This document shows positions 27,301-40,008 of a stretch of 64,000 nt of DNA, in pieces (within the stretch, counting starts at the first letter, position 1; every line of letters begins with the position of its first letter). Origin of the DNA: Podarcis vaucheri (Eukaryota); assembly GCA_965113315.1 (NCBI GenBank), contig OZ220363.1. One strand, given 5' to 3'. Position numbers and translations under genes: made by a program. Under the pieces are notes generated by a model. It ran no database searches and was not told the DNA's origin. It worked only from the letters and a program-made list of their open reading frames with translations.

Positions 27301-30300
27301 GTGGTAGTGACTACAATGGGAGGTGGTGAAGAAGCTGTGGAGGATGCTGGAGTTGTGCTCTTGCCAGCAGTGCTGCCTGGTGTTTCTGTGGTTGTTGGCT
27401 TTCCTGTGGTTACTCCTGGAGTTGTGGAAACAAGAGTGGAGCTTTGGGTGGTGGTAAATACAATGGGAGGTGGCATAGAAACCGTGGAGGATGCTGGAGC
27501 TGTGCTTTTGCCTGCCGTGCTGCCAGGTTTTTCTGTGGTAGACGCAGCAGGTGTGCTCAGTGGTGTTGTGCTAGGATGGCAGGGCTTGTATTCACAGCAC
27601 TGGTATCTAACCTGGAAGTTATAACACATCTTGTCTGTTTGCTTTGAATTTTCGCACAAAAGTCCAACATGGAGGTTACATTGCACTTCCTGACCAAGCA
27701 GATACAGGCTGACATCAGGGTGATTCTCAGCTCTGCATTCAATGTCTTGTGGATGTTTGCAAATATTTCCTCCAGCTTTTCGGATGGTCTCAAAATTCTC
27801 TATATCGCCATCATCTGGACTGCTGGTAGGACGGTGCAAATCATACCAGGAGGTCCAGTTACACTTGGGGAGGCACACAGTAGATGTACTTTCTAGCGTA
27901 GTGGTAACAAGGGGAGCCAGGGTAGTTGTTGTGGTCAGCAGGCCTGGAGGGGTTTGTGCAGTGGTCCCGGTGGTGGGTATTGTTGAGGAAGGCTTGGAAA
28001 CAGGAGTGGACTGGAGTGTTGTGGCTGTCACAGTGGGGACCACTCCAGTGGAGACGGCAGCAGTGCTGACTGAGCCTGGTGTTGTGAGAGGGAGGGTGGA
28101 AAGCGGCGTTGAGTGGGTGGTGGTGGTTGGCTTTCTTGTTGTAACTCCTGGTGTTGTCGGAACAAGGGTGGTGCTTTCGGTGGTGGTGAATACAACGGGA
28201 GGTGGCGTAGAGCCCGTGGAGGATGCTGGAGCCGTGCTTTTGCCTGCCGTGCTGCCTGGTGTTTCTGTGGTTGTTGGCTTTCCTGTGGTTACTCCCGGTG
28301 TTGTGGAAACAAGGGTGGTGCTTTCGGTGGTGGTATGGACAACAGGAGGTGGCGTAGAGCCCGTGGAGGATGCTGGAGCCGTGCTCTTGCCCACCGTGCT
28401 ACCTGGGGCTTCTGTGGTGGTGGCACTTGTTGTGACCAGTGGCGCTGGCGTGGTTTCACAGTGCTTGTAGTCGCAACACAGTGCTCTCATCTCATAGTCG
28501 TAACAAATCTTGTACTTCCCTTTCTGTTTGGCATTCTCACAAAGGAGTCCAGTGTTGCTATCGCAGATCATGTTCTGTCCAAGTTCAGATGCGCTGAGCT
28601 CTGGGTAGTCCACTCCTCTGCACTCCACCTTTTGAGGGTGCTCGCAGATAGTACCGCCCGATGCCTGGATGCTCTTAATGTCCTCGCGATCGCCATCCCC
28701 AGGGTCGGAGCTTGGAGTGTGAAAATTGAACCAAGAGGTCCACTGGCATTTGGGTTGGCAACCGGTAGTGGTGCTTCCTGGCGTAGTGGTAACAAGGGGA
28801 GCCAGGGTGGTTGTAGTGGTCAGCAGGCCTGGAGGGGTTTGTGCAGTGGTCCCGGTGGTGGGTATTGTTGAGGAAGGCTTGGAAACAGGAGTGGACTGGA
28901 GTGTTGTGGCTGTCACAGTGGGGACCACTCCAGTGGAGACGACAGCAGTGCTGACTGAGCCTGGTGTTGTGAGAGGGAGGGTGGAAAACGGCGTTGAGTG
29001 GGTGGTGGTGGTTGGCTTTCTTGTTGTAACTCCTGGTGTTGTCGGAACAAGGGTGGTGCTTTCGGTGGTGGTGAATACAACGGGAGGTGGCGTAGAGCCC
29101 GTGGAGGATGCTGGAGCCGTGCTCTTGCCTGCCGTGCTGCCTGGTGTTTCTGTGGTTGTTGGCTTTCCTGTGGTTACTCCCGGTGTTGTGGAAACAAGGG
29201 TGGTGCTTTCGGTGGTGGTATGGACAACAGGAGGTGGCGTAGAGCCCGTGGAGGATGCTGGAGCCGTGCTCTTGCCCACCGTGCTACCTGGGGCTTCTGT
29301 GGTGGTGGCACTTGTTGTGACCAGTGGCGCTGGCGTGGTTTCACAGTGCTTGTAGTCGCAACAGAGTGCTCTCATCTCATAGTCGTAACAGATCTTGTAC
29401 TTCCCTGTCTGTTTGGCATTCTCACAAAGGAGTCCAGTGTTGCTATCACAGATCATGTTCTGTCCAAGTTCAGATGCGCTGAGCTCTGGGTAGTCCACTC
29501 CTCTGCACTCCACCTTTTGAGGGTGCTCGCAGATGGTACCGCCCGATGCCTGGATGCTCTTAATGTCCTCGCGATCGCCATCCCCAGGGTCGGAGCTTGG
29601 AGTGTGAAAACTGAACCAAGAGGTCCACTGGCATTTGGGTTGGCAACCGGTAGTGGTGCTTCCTGGCGTAGTGGTAACAAGGGGAGCCAGGGTGGTTGTA
29701 GTGGTCAGCAGGCCTGGAGGGGTTTGTGCAGTGGTCCCGGTGGTGGGTATTGTTGAGGAAGGCTTGGAAACAGGAGTGGACTGGAGTGTTGTGGCTGTCA
29801 CAGTGGGGACCACTCCAGTGGAGACGGCAGCAGTGCTGACTGAGCCTGGTGTTGTGAGAGGGAGGGTGGAAAGCGGCGTTGAGTGGGTGGTGGTGGTTGG
29901 CTTTCTTGTTGTAACTCCTGGTGTTGTCGGAACAAGGGTGGTGCTTTCGGTGGTCGTGAATACAACGGGAGGTGGCGTAGAGCCCGTGGAGGATGCTGGA
30001 GCCGTGCTCTTGCCTGCCGTGCTGCCTGGTGTTTCTGTGGTTGTTGGCTTTCCTGTGGTTACTCCCGGTGTTGTGGAAACAAGGGTGGTGCTTTCGGTGG
30101 TGGTATGGACAACAGGAGGTGGCGTAGAGCCCGTGGAGGATGCTGGAGCCGTGCTCTTGCCCACCGTGCTACCTGGGGCTTCTGTGGTGGTGGCACTTGT
30201 TGTGACCAGTGGCGCTGGCGTGGTTTCACAGTGCTTGTAGTCGCAACACAGTGCTCTCATCTCATAGTCGTAACAGATCTTGTACTTCCCTGTCTGTTTG

Positions 30301-33300
30301 GCATTCTCACAAAGGAGTCCAGTGTTGCTATCGCAGATCATGTTCTGTCCAAGTTCAGATGCGCTGAGCTCTGGGTAGTCCACTCCTCTGCACTCCACCT
30401 TTTGAGGGTGCTCGCAGATGGTACCACCCGATGCCTGGATGCTCTTAATGTCCTCGCGATCGCCATCCCCAGGGTCGGAGCTTGGAGTGTGAAAATTGAA
30501 CCAAGAGGTCCACTGGCATTTGGGTTGGCAACCGGTAGTGGTGCTTCCTGGCGTAGTGGTAACAAGGGGAGCCAGGGTGGTTGTAGTGGTCAGCAGGCCT
30601 GGAGGGGTTTGTGCAGTGGTCCCGGTGGTGGGTATTGTTGAGGAAGGCTTGGAAACAGGAGTGGACTGGAGTGTTGTGGCTGTCACAGTGGGGACCACTC
30701 CAGTGGAGACGGCAGCAGTGCTGACTGAGCCTGGTGTTGTGAGAGGGAGGGTGGAAAGCGGCGTTGAGTGGGTGGTGGTGGTTGGCTTTCTTGTTGTAAC
30801 TCCTGGTGTTGTCGGAACAAGGGTGGTGCTTTCGGTGGTGGTGAATACAACGGGAGGTGGCGTAGATCCCGTGGAGGATGCTGGAGCCGTGCTCTTGCCT
30901 GCCGTGCTGCCTGGTGTTTCTGTGGTTGTTGGCTTTCCTGTGGTTACTCCCGGTGTTGTGGAAACAAGGGTGGTGCTTTCGGTGGTGGTATGGACAACAG
31001 GAGGTGGCGTAGAGCCCGTGGAGGATGCTGGAGCCGTGCTCTTGCCTGCCGTGCTGCCTGGTGTTTCTGTGGTTGTTGGCTTTCCTGTGGTTACTCCTGG
31101 TGTTGTGGAAACAAGGGTGGTGCTTTCGGTGGTGGTATGGACAACAGGAGGTGGCGTAGAGCCCGTGGAGGATGCTGGAGCCGTGCTCTTGCCCACCGTG
31201 CTACCTGGGGCTTCTGTGGTGGTGGCACTCGTTGTGACCAGTGGCGCTGGCGTGGTTTCACAGTGCTTGTAGTCGCAACACAGTGCTCTCATCTCATAGT
31301 CGTAACAGATCTTGTACTTCCCTGTCTGTTTGGCATTCTCACAAAGGAGTCCAGTGTTGCTATCGCAGATCATGTTCTGTCCAAGTTCAGATGCGCTGAG
31401 CTCTGGGTAGTCCACTCCTCTGCACTCCACCTTTTGAGGGTGCTCGCAGATAGTACCGCCCGATGCCTGGATGCTCTTAATGTCCTCGCGATCGCCATCC
31501 CCAGGGTCGGAGCTTGGAGTGTGAAAATTGAACCAAGAGGTCCACTGGCATTTGGGTTGGCAACCGGTAGTGGTGCTTCCTGGCGTAGTGGTAACAAAGG
31601 GAGCCAGGGTGGTTGTAGTGGTCAGCAGGCCTGGAGGGGTTTGTGCAGTGGTCCCGGTGGTGGGTATTGTTGAGGAAGGCTTGGAAACAGGAGTGGACTG
31701 GAGTGTTGTGGCTGTCACAGTGGGGACCACTCCAGTGGAGATGGCAGCAGTGCTGACTGAGCCTGGTGTTGTGAGAGGGAGGGTGGAAAGCGGCGTTGAG
31801 TGGGTGGTGGTGGTTGGCTTTCTTGTTGTAACTCCTGGTGTTGTCGGAACCAGGGTGGTGCTTTCGGTGGTGGTGAATACAACGGGAGGTGGCGTAGAGC
31901 CCGTGGAGGATGCTGGAGCCGTGCTCTTGCCTGCCGTGCTGCCTGGTGTTTCTGTGGTTGTTGGCTTTCCTGTGGTTACTCCCGGTGTTGTGGAAACAAG
32001 GGTGGTGCTTTCGGTGGTGGTATGGACAACAGGAGGTGGCGTAGAGCCCGTGGAGGATGCTGGAGCCGTGCTCTTGCCCACCGTGCTACCTGGGGCTTCT
32101 GTGGTGGTGGCACTTGTTGTGACCAGTGGCGCTGGCGTGGTTTCACAGTGCTTGTAGTCGCAACACAGTGCTCTCATCTCATAGTCGTAACAGATCTTGT
32201 ACTTCCCTGTCTGTTTGGCATTCTCACAAAGGAGTCCAGTGTTGCTATCGCAGATCATGTTCTGTCCAAGTTCAGATGCGCTGAGCTCTGGGTAGTCCAC
32301 TCCTCTGCACTCCACCTTTTGAGGGTGCTCGCAGATGGTACCGCCCGATGCCTGGATGCTCTTAATGTCCTCGCGATCGCCATCCCCAGGGTCGGAGCTT
32401 GGAGTGTGAAAATTGAACCAAGAGGTCCACTGGCATTTGGGTTGGCAACCGGTAGTGGTGCTTCCTGGCGTAGTGGTAACAAGGGGAGCCAGGGTGGTTG
32501 TAGTGGTCAGCAGGCCTGGAGGGGTTTGTGCAGTGGTCCCGGTGGTGGGTATTGTTGGGGAAGGCTTGGAAACAGGAGTGGACTGGAGTGTTGTGGCTGT
32601 CACAGTGGGGACCACTCCAGTGGAGAAGGCAGCAGTGCTGACTGAGCCTGGTGTTGTGAGAGGGAGGGTGGAAAGCGGCGTTGAGTGGGTGGTGGTGGTT
32701 GGCTTTCTTGTTGTAACTCCTGGTGTTGTCGGAACCAGGGTGGTGCTTTCGGTGGTCGTGAATACAACGGGAGGTGGCGTAGAGCCCGTGGAGGATGCTG
32801 GAGCCGTGCTCTTGCCTGCCGTGCTGCCTGGTGTTTCTGTGGTTGTTGGCTTTCCTGTGGTTACTCCCGGTGTTGTGGAAACAAGGGTGGTGCTTTCGGT
32901 GGTGGTATGGACAACAGGAGGTGGCGTAGAGCCCGTGGAGGATGCTGGAGCCGTGCTCTTGCCCACCGTGCTACCTGGGGCTTCTGTGGTGGTGGCACTT
33001 GTTGTGACCAGTGGCGCTGGCGTGGTTTCACAGTGCTTGTAGTCGCAACACAGTGCTCTCATCTCATAGTCGTAACAGATCTTGTACTTCCCTGTCTGTT
33101 TGGCATTCTCACAAAGGAGTCCAGTGTTGCTATCGCAGATCATGTTCTGTCCAAGTTCAGATGCGCTGAGCTCTGGGTAGTCCACTCCTCTGCACTCCAC
33201 CTTTTGAGGGTGCTCGCAGATGGTACCGCCCGATGCCTGGATGCTCTTAATGTCCTCGCGATCGCCATCCCCAGGGTCGGAGCTTGGAGTGTGAAAATTG

Positions 33301-36300
33301 AACCAAGAGGTCCACTGGCATTTGGGTTGGCAACCGGTAGTGGTGCTTCCTGGCGTAGTGGTAACAAGGGGAGCCAGGGTGGTTGTAGTGGTCAGCAGGC
33401 CTGGAGGGGTTTGTGCAGTGGTCCCGGTGGTGGGTATTGTTGAGGAAGGCTTGGAAACAGGAGTGGACTGGAGTGTTGTGGCTGTCACAGTGGGGACCAC
33501 TCCAGTGGAGAAGGCAGCAGTGCTGACTGAGCCTGGTGTTGTGAGAGGGAGGGTGGAAAGCGGCGTTGAGTGGGTGGTGGTGGTTGGCTTTCTTGTTGTA
33601 ACTCCTGGTGTTGTCGGAACCAGGGTGGTGCTTTCGGTGGTGGTGAATACAACGGGAGGTGGCGTAGAGCCCGTGGAGGATGCTGGAGCCGTGCTCTTGC
33701 CTGCCGTGCTGCCTGGTGTTTCTGTGGTTGTTGGCTTTCCTGTGGTTACTCCCGGTGTTGTGGAAACAAGGGTGGTGCTTTCGGTGGTGGTATGGACAAC
33801 AGGAGGTGGCGTAGAGCCCGTGGAGGATGCTGGAGCCGTGCTCTTGCCCACCGTGCTACCTGGGGCTTCTGTGGTGGTGGCACTTGTTGTGACCAGTGGC
33901 GCTGGCGTGGTTTCACAGTGCTTGTAGTCGCAACACAGTGCTCTCATCTCATAGTCGTAACAGATCTTGTACTTCCCTGTCTGTTTGGCATTCTCACAAA
34001 GGAGTCCAGTGTTGCTATCGCAGATCATGTTCTGTCCAAGTTCAGATGCGCTGAGCTCTGGGTAGTCCACTCCTCTGCACTCCACCTTTTGAGGGTGCTC
34101 GCAGATGGTACCGCCCGATGCCTGGATGCTCTTAATGTCCTCGCGATCGCCATCCCCAGGGTCGGAGCTTGGAGTGTGAAAATTGAACCAAGAGGTCCAC
34201 TGGCATTTGGGATGGCAACCGGTAGTGGTGCTTCCTGGCGTAGTGGTAACAAGGGGAGCCAGGGTGGTTGTAGTGGTCAGCAGGCCTGGAGGGGTTTGTG
34301 CAGTGGTCCCGGTGGTGGGTATTGTTGAGGAAGGCTTGGAAACAGGAGTGGACTGGAGTGTTGTGGCTGTCACAGTGGGGACCACTCCAGTGGAGACGGC
34401 AGCAGTGCTGACTGAGCCTGGTGTTGTGAGAGGGAGGGTGGAAAGCGGCGTTGAGTGGGTGGTGGTGGTTGGCTTTCTTGTTGTAACTCCTGGTGTTGTC
34501 GGAACAAGGGTGGTGCTTTCGGTGGTGGTGAATACAACGGGAGGTGGCGTAGAGCCCGTGGAGGATGCTGGAGCCGTGCTCTTGCCTGCCGTGCTACCGG
34601 GTGTTTCTGTGGTTGTTGGCTTTCCTGTGGTTACTCCCGGTGTTGTGGAAACAAGGGTGGTGCTTTCGGTGGTGGTATGGACAACAGGAGGTGGCATAGA
34701 GCCCGTGGAGGATGCTGGAGCCGTGCTCTTGCCCACCGTGCTACCTGGGGCTTCTGTGGTGGTGGCACTTGTTGTGACCAGTGGCGCTGGCGTGGTTTCA
34801 CAGTGCTTGTAGTCGCAACACAGTGCTCTCATCTCATAGTCGTAACAGATCTTGTACTTCCCTGTCTGTTTGGCATTCTCACAAAGGAGTCCAGTGTTGC
34901 TATCGCAGATCATGTTCTGTCCAAGTTCAGATGCGCTGAGCTCTGGGTAGTCCACTCCTCTGCACTCCACCTTTTGAGGGTGCTCGCAGATGGTACCGCC
35001 CGATGCCTGGATGCTCTTAATGTCCTCGCGATCGCCATCCCCAGGGTCGGAGCTTGGAGTGTGAAAATTGAACCAAGAGGTCCACTGGCATTTGGGTTGG
35101 CAACCGGTAGTGGTGCTTCCTGGCGTAGTGGTAACAAGGGGAGCCAGGGTGGTTGTAGTGGTCAGCAGGCCTGGAGGGGTTTGTGCAGTGGTCCCGGTGG
35201 TGGGTATTGTTGAGGAAGGCTTGGAAACAGGAGTGGACTGGAGTGTTGTGGCTGTCACAGTGGGGACCACTCCAGTGGAGACGGCAGCAGTGCTGACTGA
35301 GCCTGGTGTTGTGAGAGGGAGGGTGGAAAGCGGCGTTGAGTGGGTGGTGGTGGTTGGCTTTCTTGTTGTAACTCCTGGTGTTGTCGGAACAAGGGTGGTG
35401 CTTTCGGTGGTGGTGAATACAACGGGAGGTGGCGTAGAGCCCGTGGAGGATGCTGGAGCCGTGCTCTTGCCTGCCGTGCTACCGGGTGTTTCTGTGGTTG
35501 TTGGCTTTCCTGTGGTTACTCCCGGTGTTGTGGAAACAAGGGTGGTGCTTTCGGTGGTGGTATGGACAACAGGAGGTGGCATAGAGCCCGTGGAGGATGC
35601 TGGAGCCGTGCTCTTGCCCACCGTGCTACCTGGGGCTTCTGTGGTGGTGGCACTTGTTGTGACCAGTGGCGCTGGCGTGGTTTCACAGTGCTTGTAGTCG
35701 CAACACAGTGCTCTCATCTCATAGTCATAACAGATCTTGTACTTCCCTGTCTGTTTGGCATTCTCACAAAGGAGTCCAGTGTTGCTATCGCAGATCATGT
35801 TCTGTCCAAGTTCAGATGCGCTGAGCTCTGGGTAGTCCACTCCTCTGCACTCCACCTTTTGAGGGTGCTCGCAGATGGTACCGCCCGATGCCTGGATGCT
35901 CTTAATGTCCTCGCGATCGCCATCCCCAGGGTCGGAGCTTGGAGTGTGAAAATTGAACCAAGAGGTCCACTGGCATTTGGGTTGGCAACCGGTAGTGGTG
36001 CTTCCTGGTGTAGTGGTAACAAGGGGAGCCAGGGTGGTTGTAGTGGTCAGCAGGCCTGGAGGGGTTTGTGCAGTGGTCCCTGTGGTGGGTATTGTTGAGG
36101 AAGGCTTGGAAACAGGAGTGGACTGGAGTGTTGTAGCTGTCACAGTGGGGACCACTCCAGTGGAGACGGCAGCAGTGCTGACTGAGCCTGGTGTTGTGAG
36201 AGGGAGGGTGGAAAGCGGCGTTGAGTGGGTGGTGGTGGTTGGCTTTCTTGTTGTAACTCCTGGTGTTGTCGGAACAAGGGTGGTGCTTTCGGTGGTGGTG

Positions 36301-39300
36301 AATACAACGGGAGGTGGCGTAGAGCCCGTGGAGGATGCTGGAGCCGTGCTCTTGCCTGCCGTGCTGCCTGGTGTTTCTGTGGTTGTTGGCTTTCCTGTGG
36401 TTACTCCCGGTGTTGTGGAAACAAGGGTGGTGCTTTCGGTGGTGGTATGGACAACAGGAGGTGGCGTAGAGCCCGTGGAGGATGCTGGAGCCGTGCTCTT
36501 GCCCACCGTGCTACCTGGGGCTTCTGTGGTGGTGGCACTTGTTGTGACCAGTGGCGCTGGCGTGGTTTCACAGTGCTTGTAGTCGCAACACAGTGCTCTC
36601 ATCTCATAGTCGTAACAGACCTTGTACTTCCCTGTCTGTTTGGCATTCTCACAAAGGAGTCCAGTGTTGCTATCGCAGATCATGTTCTGTCCAAGTTCAG
36701 ATGCGCTGAGCTCTGGGTAGTCCACTCCTCTGCACTCCACCTTTTGAGGGTGCTCGCAGATGGTACCGCCCGATGCCTGGATGCTCTTAATGTCCTCGCG
36801 ATCGCCATCCCCAGGGTCGGAGCTTGGAGTGTGAAAACTGAACCAAGAGGTCCACTGGCATTTGGGTTGGCAACTGGTAGTGGTGCTTCCTGGCGTAGTG
36901 GTAACAAGGGGAGCCAGGGTGGTTGTTATGCCACCTGTCACTTTAGATGTAGTTCTGGATCCTGCTGTTGTTATTTCTGGTGTTGCTGCAGTTGTTGATG
37001 CACCACATGGTGTGTATATGCAGCATAGGAACCTGATTTCAAAATTCAGGCAGATTGGTGGTGTCTGATCCTTATTGTTGCATATCAAACCGTTAGACTT
37101 GGAACATTGTACCTTTTGTCCGAGGGTTTCTATGCTTTCATTAGGAAAGCGCTGAGCTCTGCATTCCACTTCATCTGGCATATTACATACTTTGTTTCCT
37201 CTATCTCTTATTTTCTCTGGTGTTTCATAATCCCCATTGTCTCGTCCAAATTTAGGGTAGCTGACATCATACCATTCTGTCCATTCACATGTTCTATGGA
37301 CACATACTGTTGTTTGCGCTGTAGTGGATTCTGTAAGAAACAACATCACTGGTTATTTTAATCCGGTTTATTTAGATCATAAATCTCCCTATCTGTTATC
37401 TGCCTCCTCTCTCCTTCTCCCATGTAACCTCTCTCCCAAGTTTTTTCTGTAGATGAGGCAGGGATTTGGGGGGAGGGGGGAACCAGAAGAGCACATTGGT
37501 GGAAGTGGATCATTCCATCTGGGGAGCTGCCATGCTTGAGCTGATTGAACCTTCAACTTAACTTTATGTTGATTTCCATCTTGTATATTTTTATTTTAAA
37601 ATAATATATGCAACATGTAACAAAAAATACTAACATGGTGTATTTGGGGATGTTTTCCTATGTTATAGAAGATTTGTAAAGTTTTTCATTATTTCTTCGT
37701 TTTCTTACATACTTTGTTTATAAATGCTTGCTTTTGATCATGTCGCATTTACATCTAGTTTGGTTGAGATAATTGGTAAAAAATTATGTTATGGAGCTGG
37801 CTCAAATACCTAAGTAGCGCTAAGGAGATTGCTCCATTAGTACAAGCCCTGTTGCACTAGTGGGACTCATTTGTGCTGGCTCTATTAACAGAAGTATTTA
37901 GTTGAATTTGTCCCTTTGTGTGGTGTTGTATGGCACCTCTGATTTTAACAGCTGACCCAAGATGTGGTGCTATTTGTGCTACTACTGCAGTGGTAGGAGC
38001 TGCTTCTCTGCTCTTTGGTGTGGTGCAGTGCATGTCTACTCAGAAGTATTATTCACTGTGTTCAATGGAACTTCTCTCAGCGAAGTTTGGAAAGAGTTGA
38101 AGCAAAAGATTTGGACTGAAATACCTGCTTCACTTGGTGTTGTAGTTGAAACTGTAGGTGGTATTGTGGTAGTCCCACCACATCTGAATAGTTCTCTGTG
38201 GATTGTTCCATTGACATCACACGTTGCAATCATGCACCAGCCCAAGCCATCTGTGGTGTTGTAGATGACATCCTTGTAGATATATGTCTTTCCTTCATAA
38301 TAGCAGTAGCATGCTGAAAATTGACAGAGTAAGAATGGTCAGGTAACATCATATGAAATATGATATAAGGTGCCATTCATAACTCACTACATACAGCTTA
38401 CCTTTGGCATCGTAGTTACACTCTATGCCTTTACTGGTGCATGTACTGTAAAAAAAATGATAGGAAAATGTGAGACCCAGGAATCATAAAACTGTATTCT
38501 GCTGTTTATTTTCTACTTAGTTTGGTCTGGAAGTTAATTTCATAGTTTTTCCCCTGCCCCCTTAAGCATTCATTTACCGTACGACTTCTTGTCTGTGATT
38601 TCATCTACCACTTTCACACTGAATTGCAAATAGGAACATTCTAATAATTTTCTTGTTCTGGTTTTTGGGATTTATTGTGTATGTAAAATCCAATTTAAAA
38701 TATTACTTCAGTCAATTAGATTCTCAGCATACTTCATTCTAATGGTATATTGTGAGTATATGATAAAGGATGCAATCAGAGCAACAAGATTCATTCTAGA
38801 ATCAACAAGAATAACATCTCAAGGGGTATACAGAGTACAGTAGTACCTCCGGTTGCGAACGGGATCCATTCTGGAGGTCCAGCCGGATCCCAAGGTTTTC
38901 GCTACCCGATGAAAAGGTTTGTTGCTTTCACAACCTGAAGTTTACGTTACCGAGAGTAACGTAACTGGAGGTGCTACTGTAATTGATCATTTATCTTAGT
39001 GTTGTCAAGCTATACAAACTTACCATGCCTGACATGTCTTTCTTGAGTCAAATGTTTTTCCTAGTGGATGATAGTTACCCTGATCATCATAACAGCCACA
39101 CACATCAACACACGTCATCTCATCCTCATTGAAATAAGGCCTGTCTGCTGGACAGTGTGGGTAGCAGCCTGAGACAAAGGAAGGTGTGAGGGAGGTAAGA
39201 GCAATATATAAAATCTGTCAAGAAAGCAATTCCATTTTATTTACTTTGGGGGGGGTATTTTAATTAATATTTGTCATTGGTCCAGTGCTGGGATCTTTCC

Positions 39301-39967
39301 ACCAATAGCTTTTCCACATGCTTCCAAGTTTCCATGAAAGGAAAAAGCTTGTGGTCATTTGCAGGTGTGTCGAATGAGCCCTTGATCACATCTAGGCTGG
39401 CTCATAGAATTTAAGCCTGACTGCAAGCCATTTGAAACCCAAAAAGATGAGAACACAAGGTGACCTATTTTCTATTGGTTTAGACAACCAACAACACTCC
39501 CCCAAACTTGAAACCTATTAAATGTTGTGCATAGCTGGCTTAATGACCCTATAAGTCACTAGAAGTCTTCTTACCTTCCAAGCCAGGCAACTGATAATGG
39601 CATCTCCCGCTTGGGTTTCTGCATGTCTTCATGCATGGGGCTCCACAAGGCTTGTAGTGCCATTCACATTCACGTTCATCATTGTAATAATCACAGAACA
39701 TTGCTAAGGGGAACCGAAAGAAAAAGGTTGAGGACCAGACATTCCACCATGGATCTGTATTGCTGTCAATGCCATTAAAATAATGGTGGGCACCATGACA
39801 AAGTATGCTCATGAGGCCAATACCTAAACTGATAAGAAGGTGGGAAGCAAAGGCATGAAGAAAGCACTGAAAATGAATGTAGTTATTTCTATTTATTACA
39901 ACATAGTTATATCAATAATCCTACATTAGGCAGTTGCTGATTCATTGAAGGTATTCACAGTACTGTA

Positions 39968-40008
<41 letters not shown>

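Noticed and set aside
27898-36925. Regular repeat array as CRISPR-like or satellite DNA
   Set aside because: No unique spacers; units are in-frame coding sequence of a vertebrate exon.
27064-37068. Many 200-300 aa plus-strand ORFs (Val/Gly-rich and Gly/Cys/Trp-rich) and 75-aa minus-strand alternate-frame ORFs
   Set aside because: Shadow frames of the Thr/Pro/Ser-rich mucin repeat; they recur with the 885-bp period and have no independent gene signals.
37331-37349. ORF-track start MMLFLT for the 3448-aa ORF
   Set aside because: It lies in the polypyrimidine tract of the intron; the exon starts at 37330 and ends at 27038.
37918-38035. Short Thr/Ala/Pro-flavoured reading in the intron before the central exon
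   Set aside because: No convincing splice sites, and the flanking exons already join in phase.
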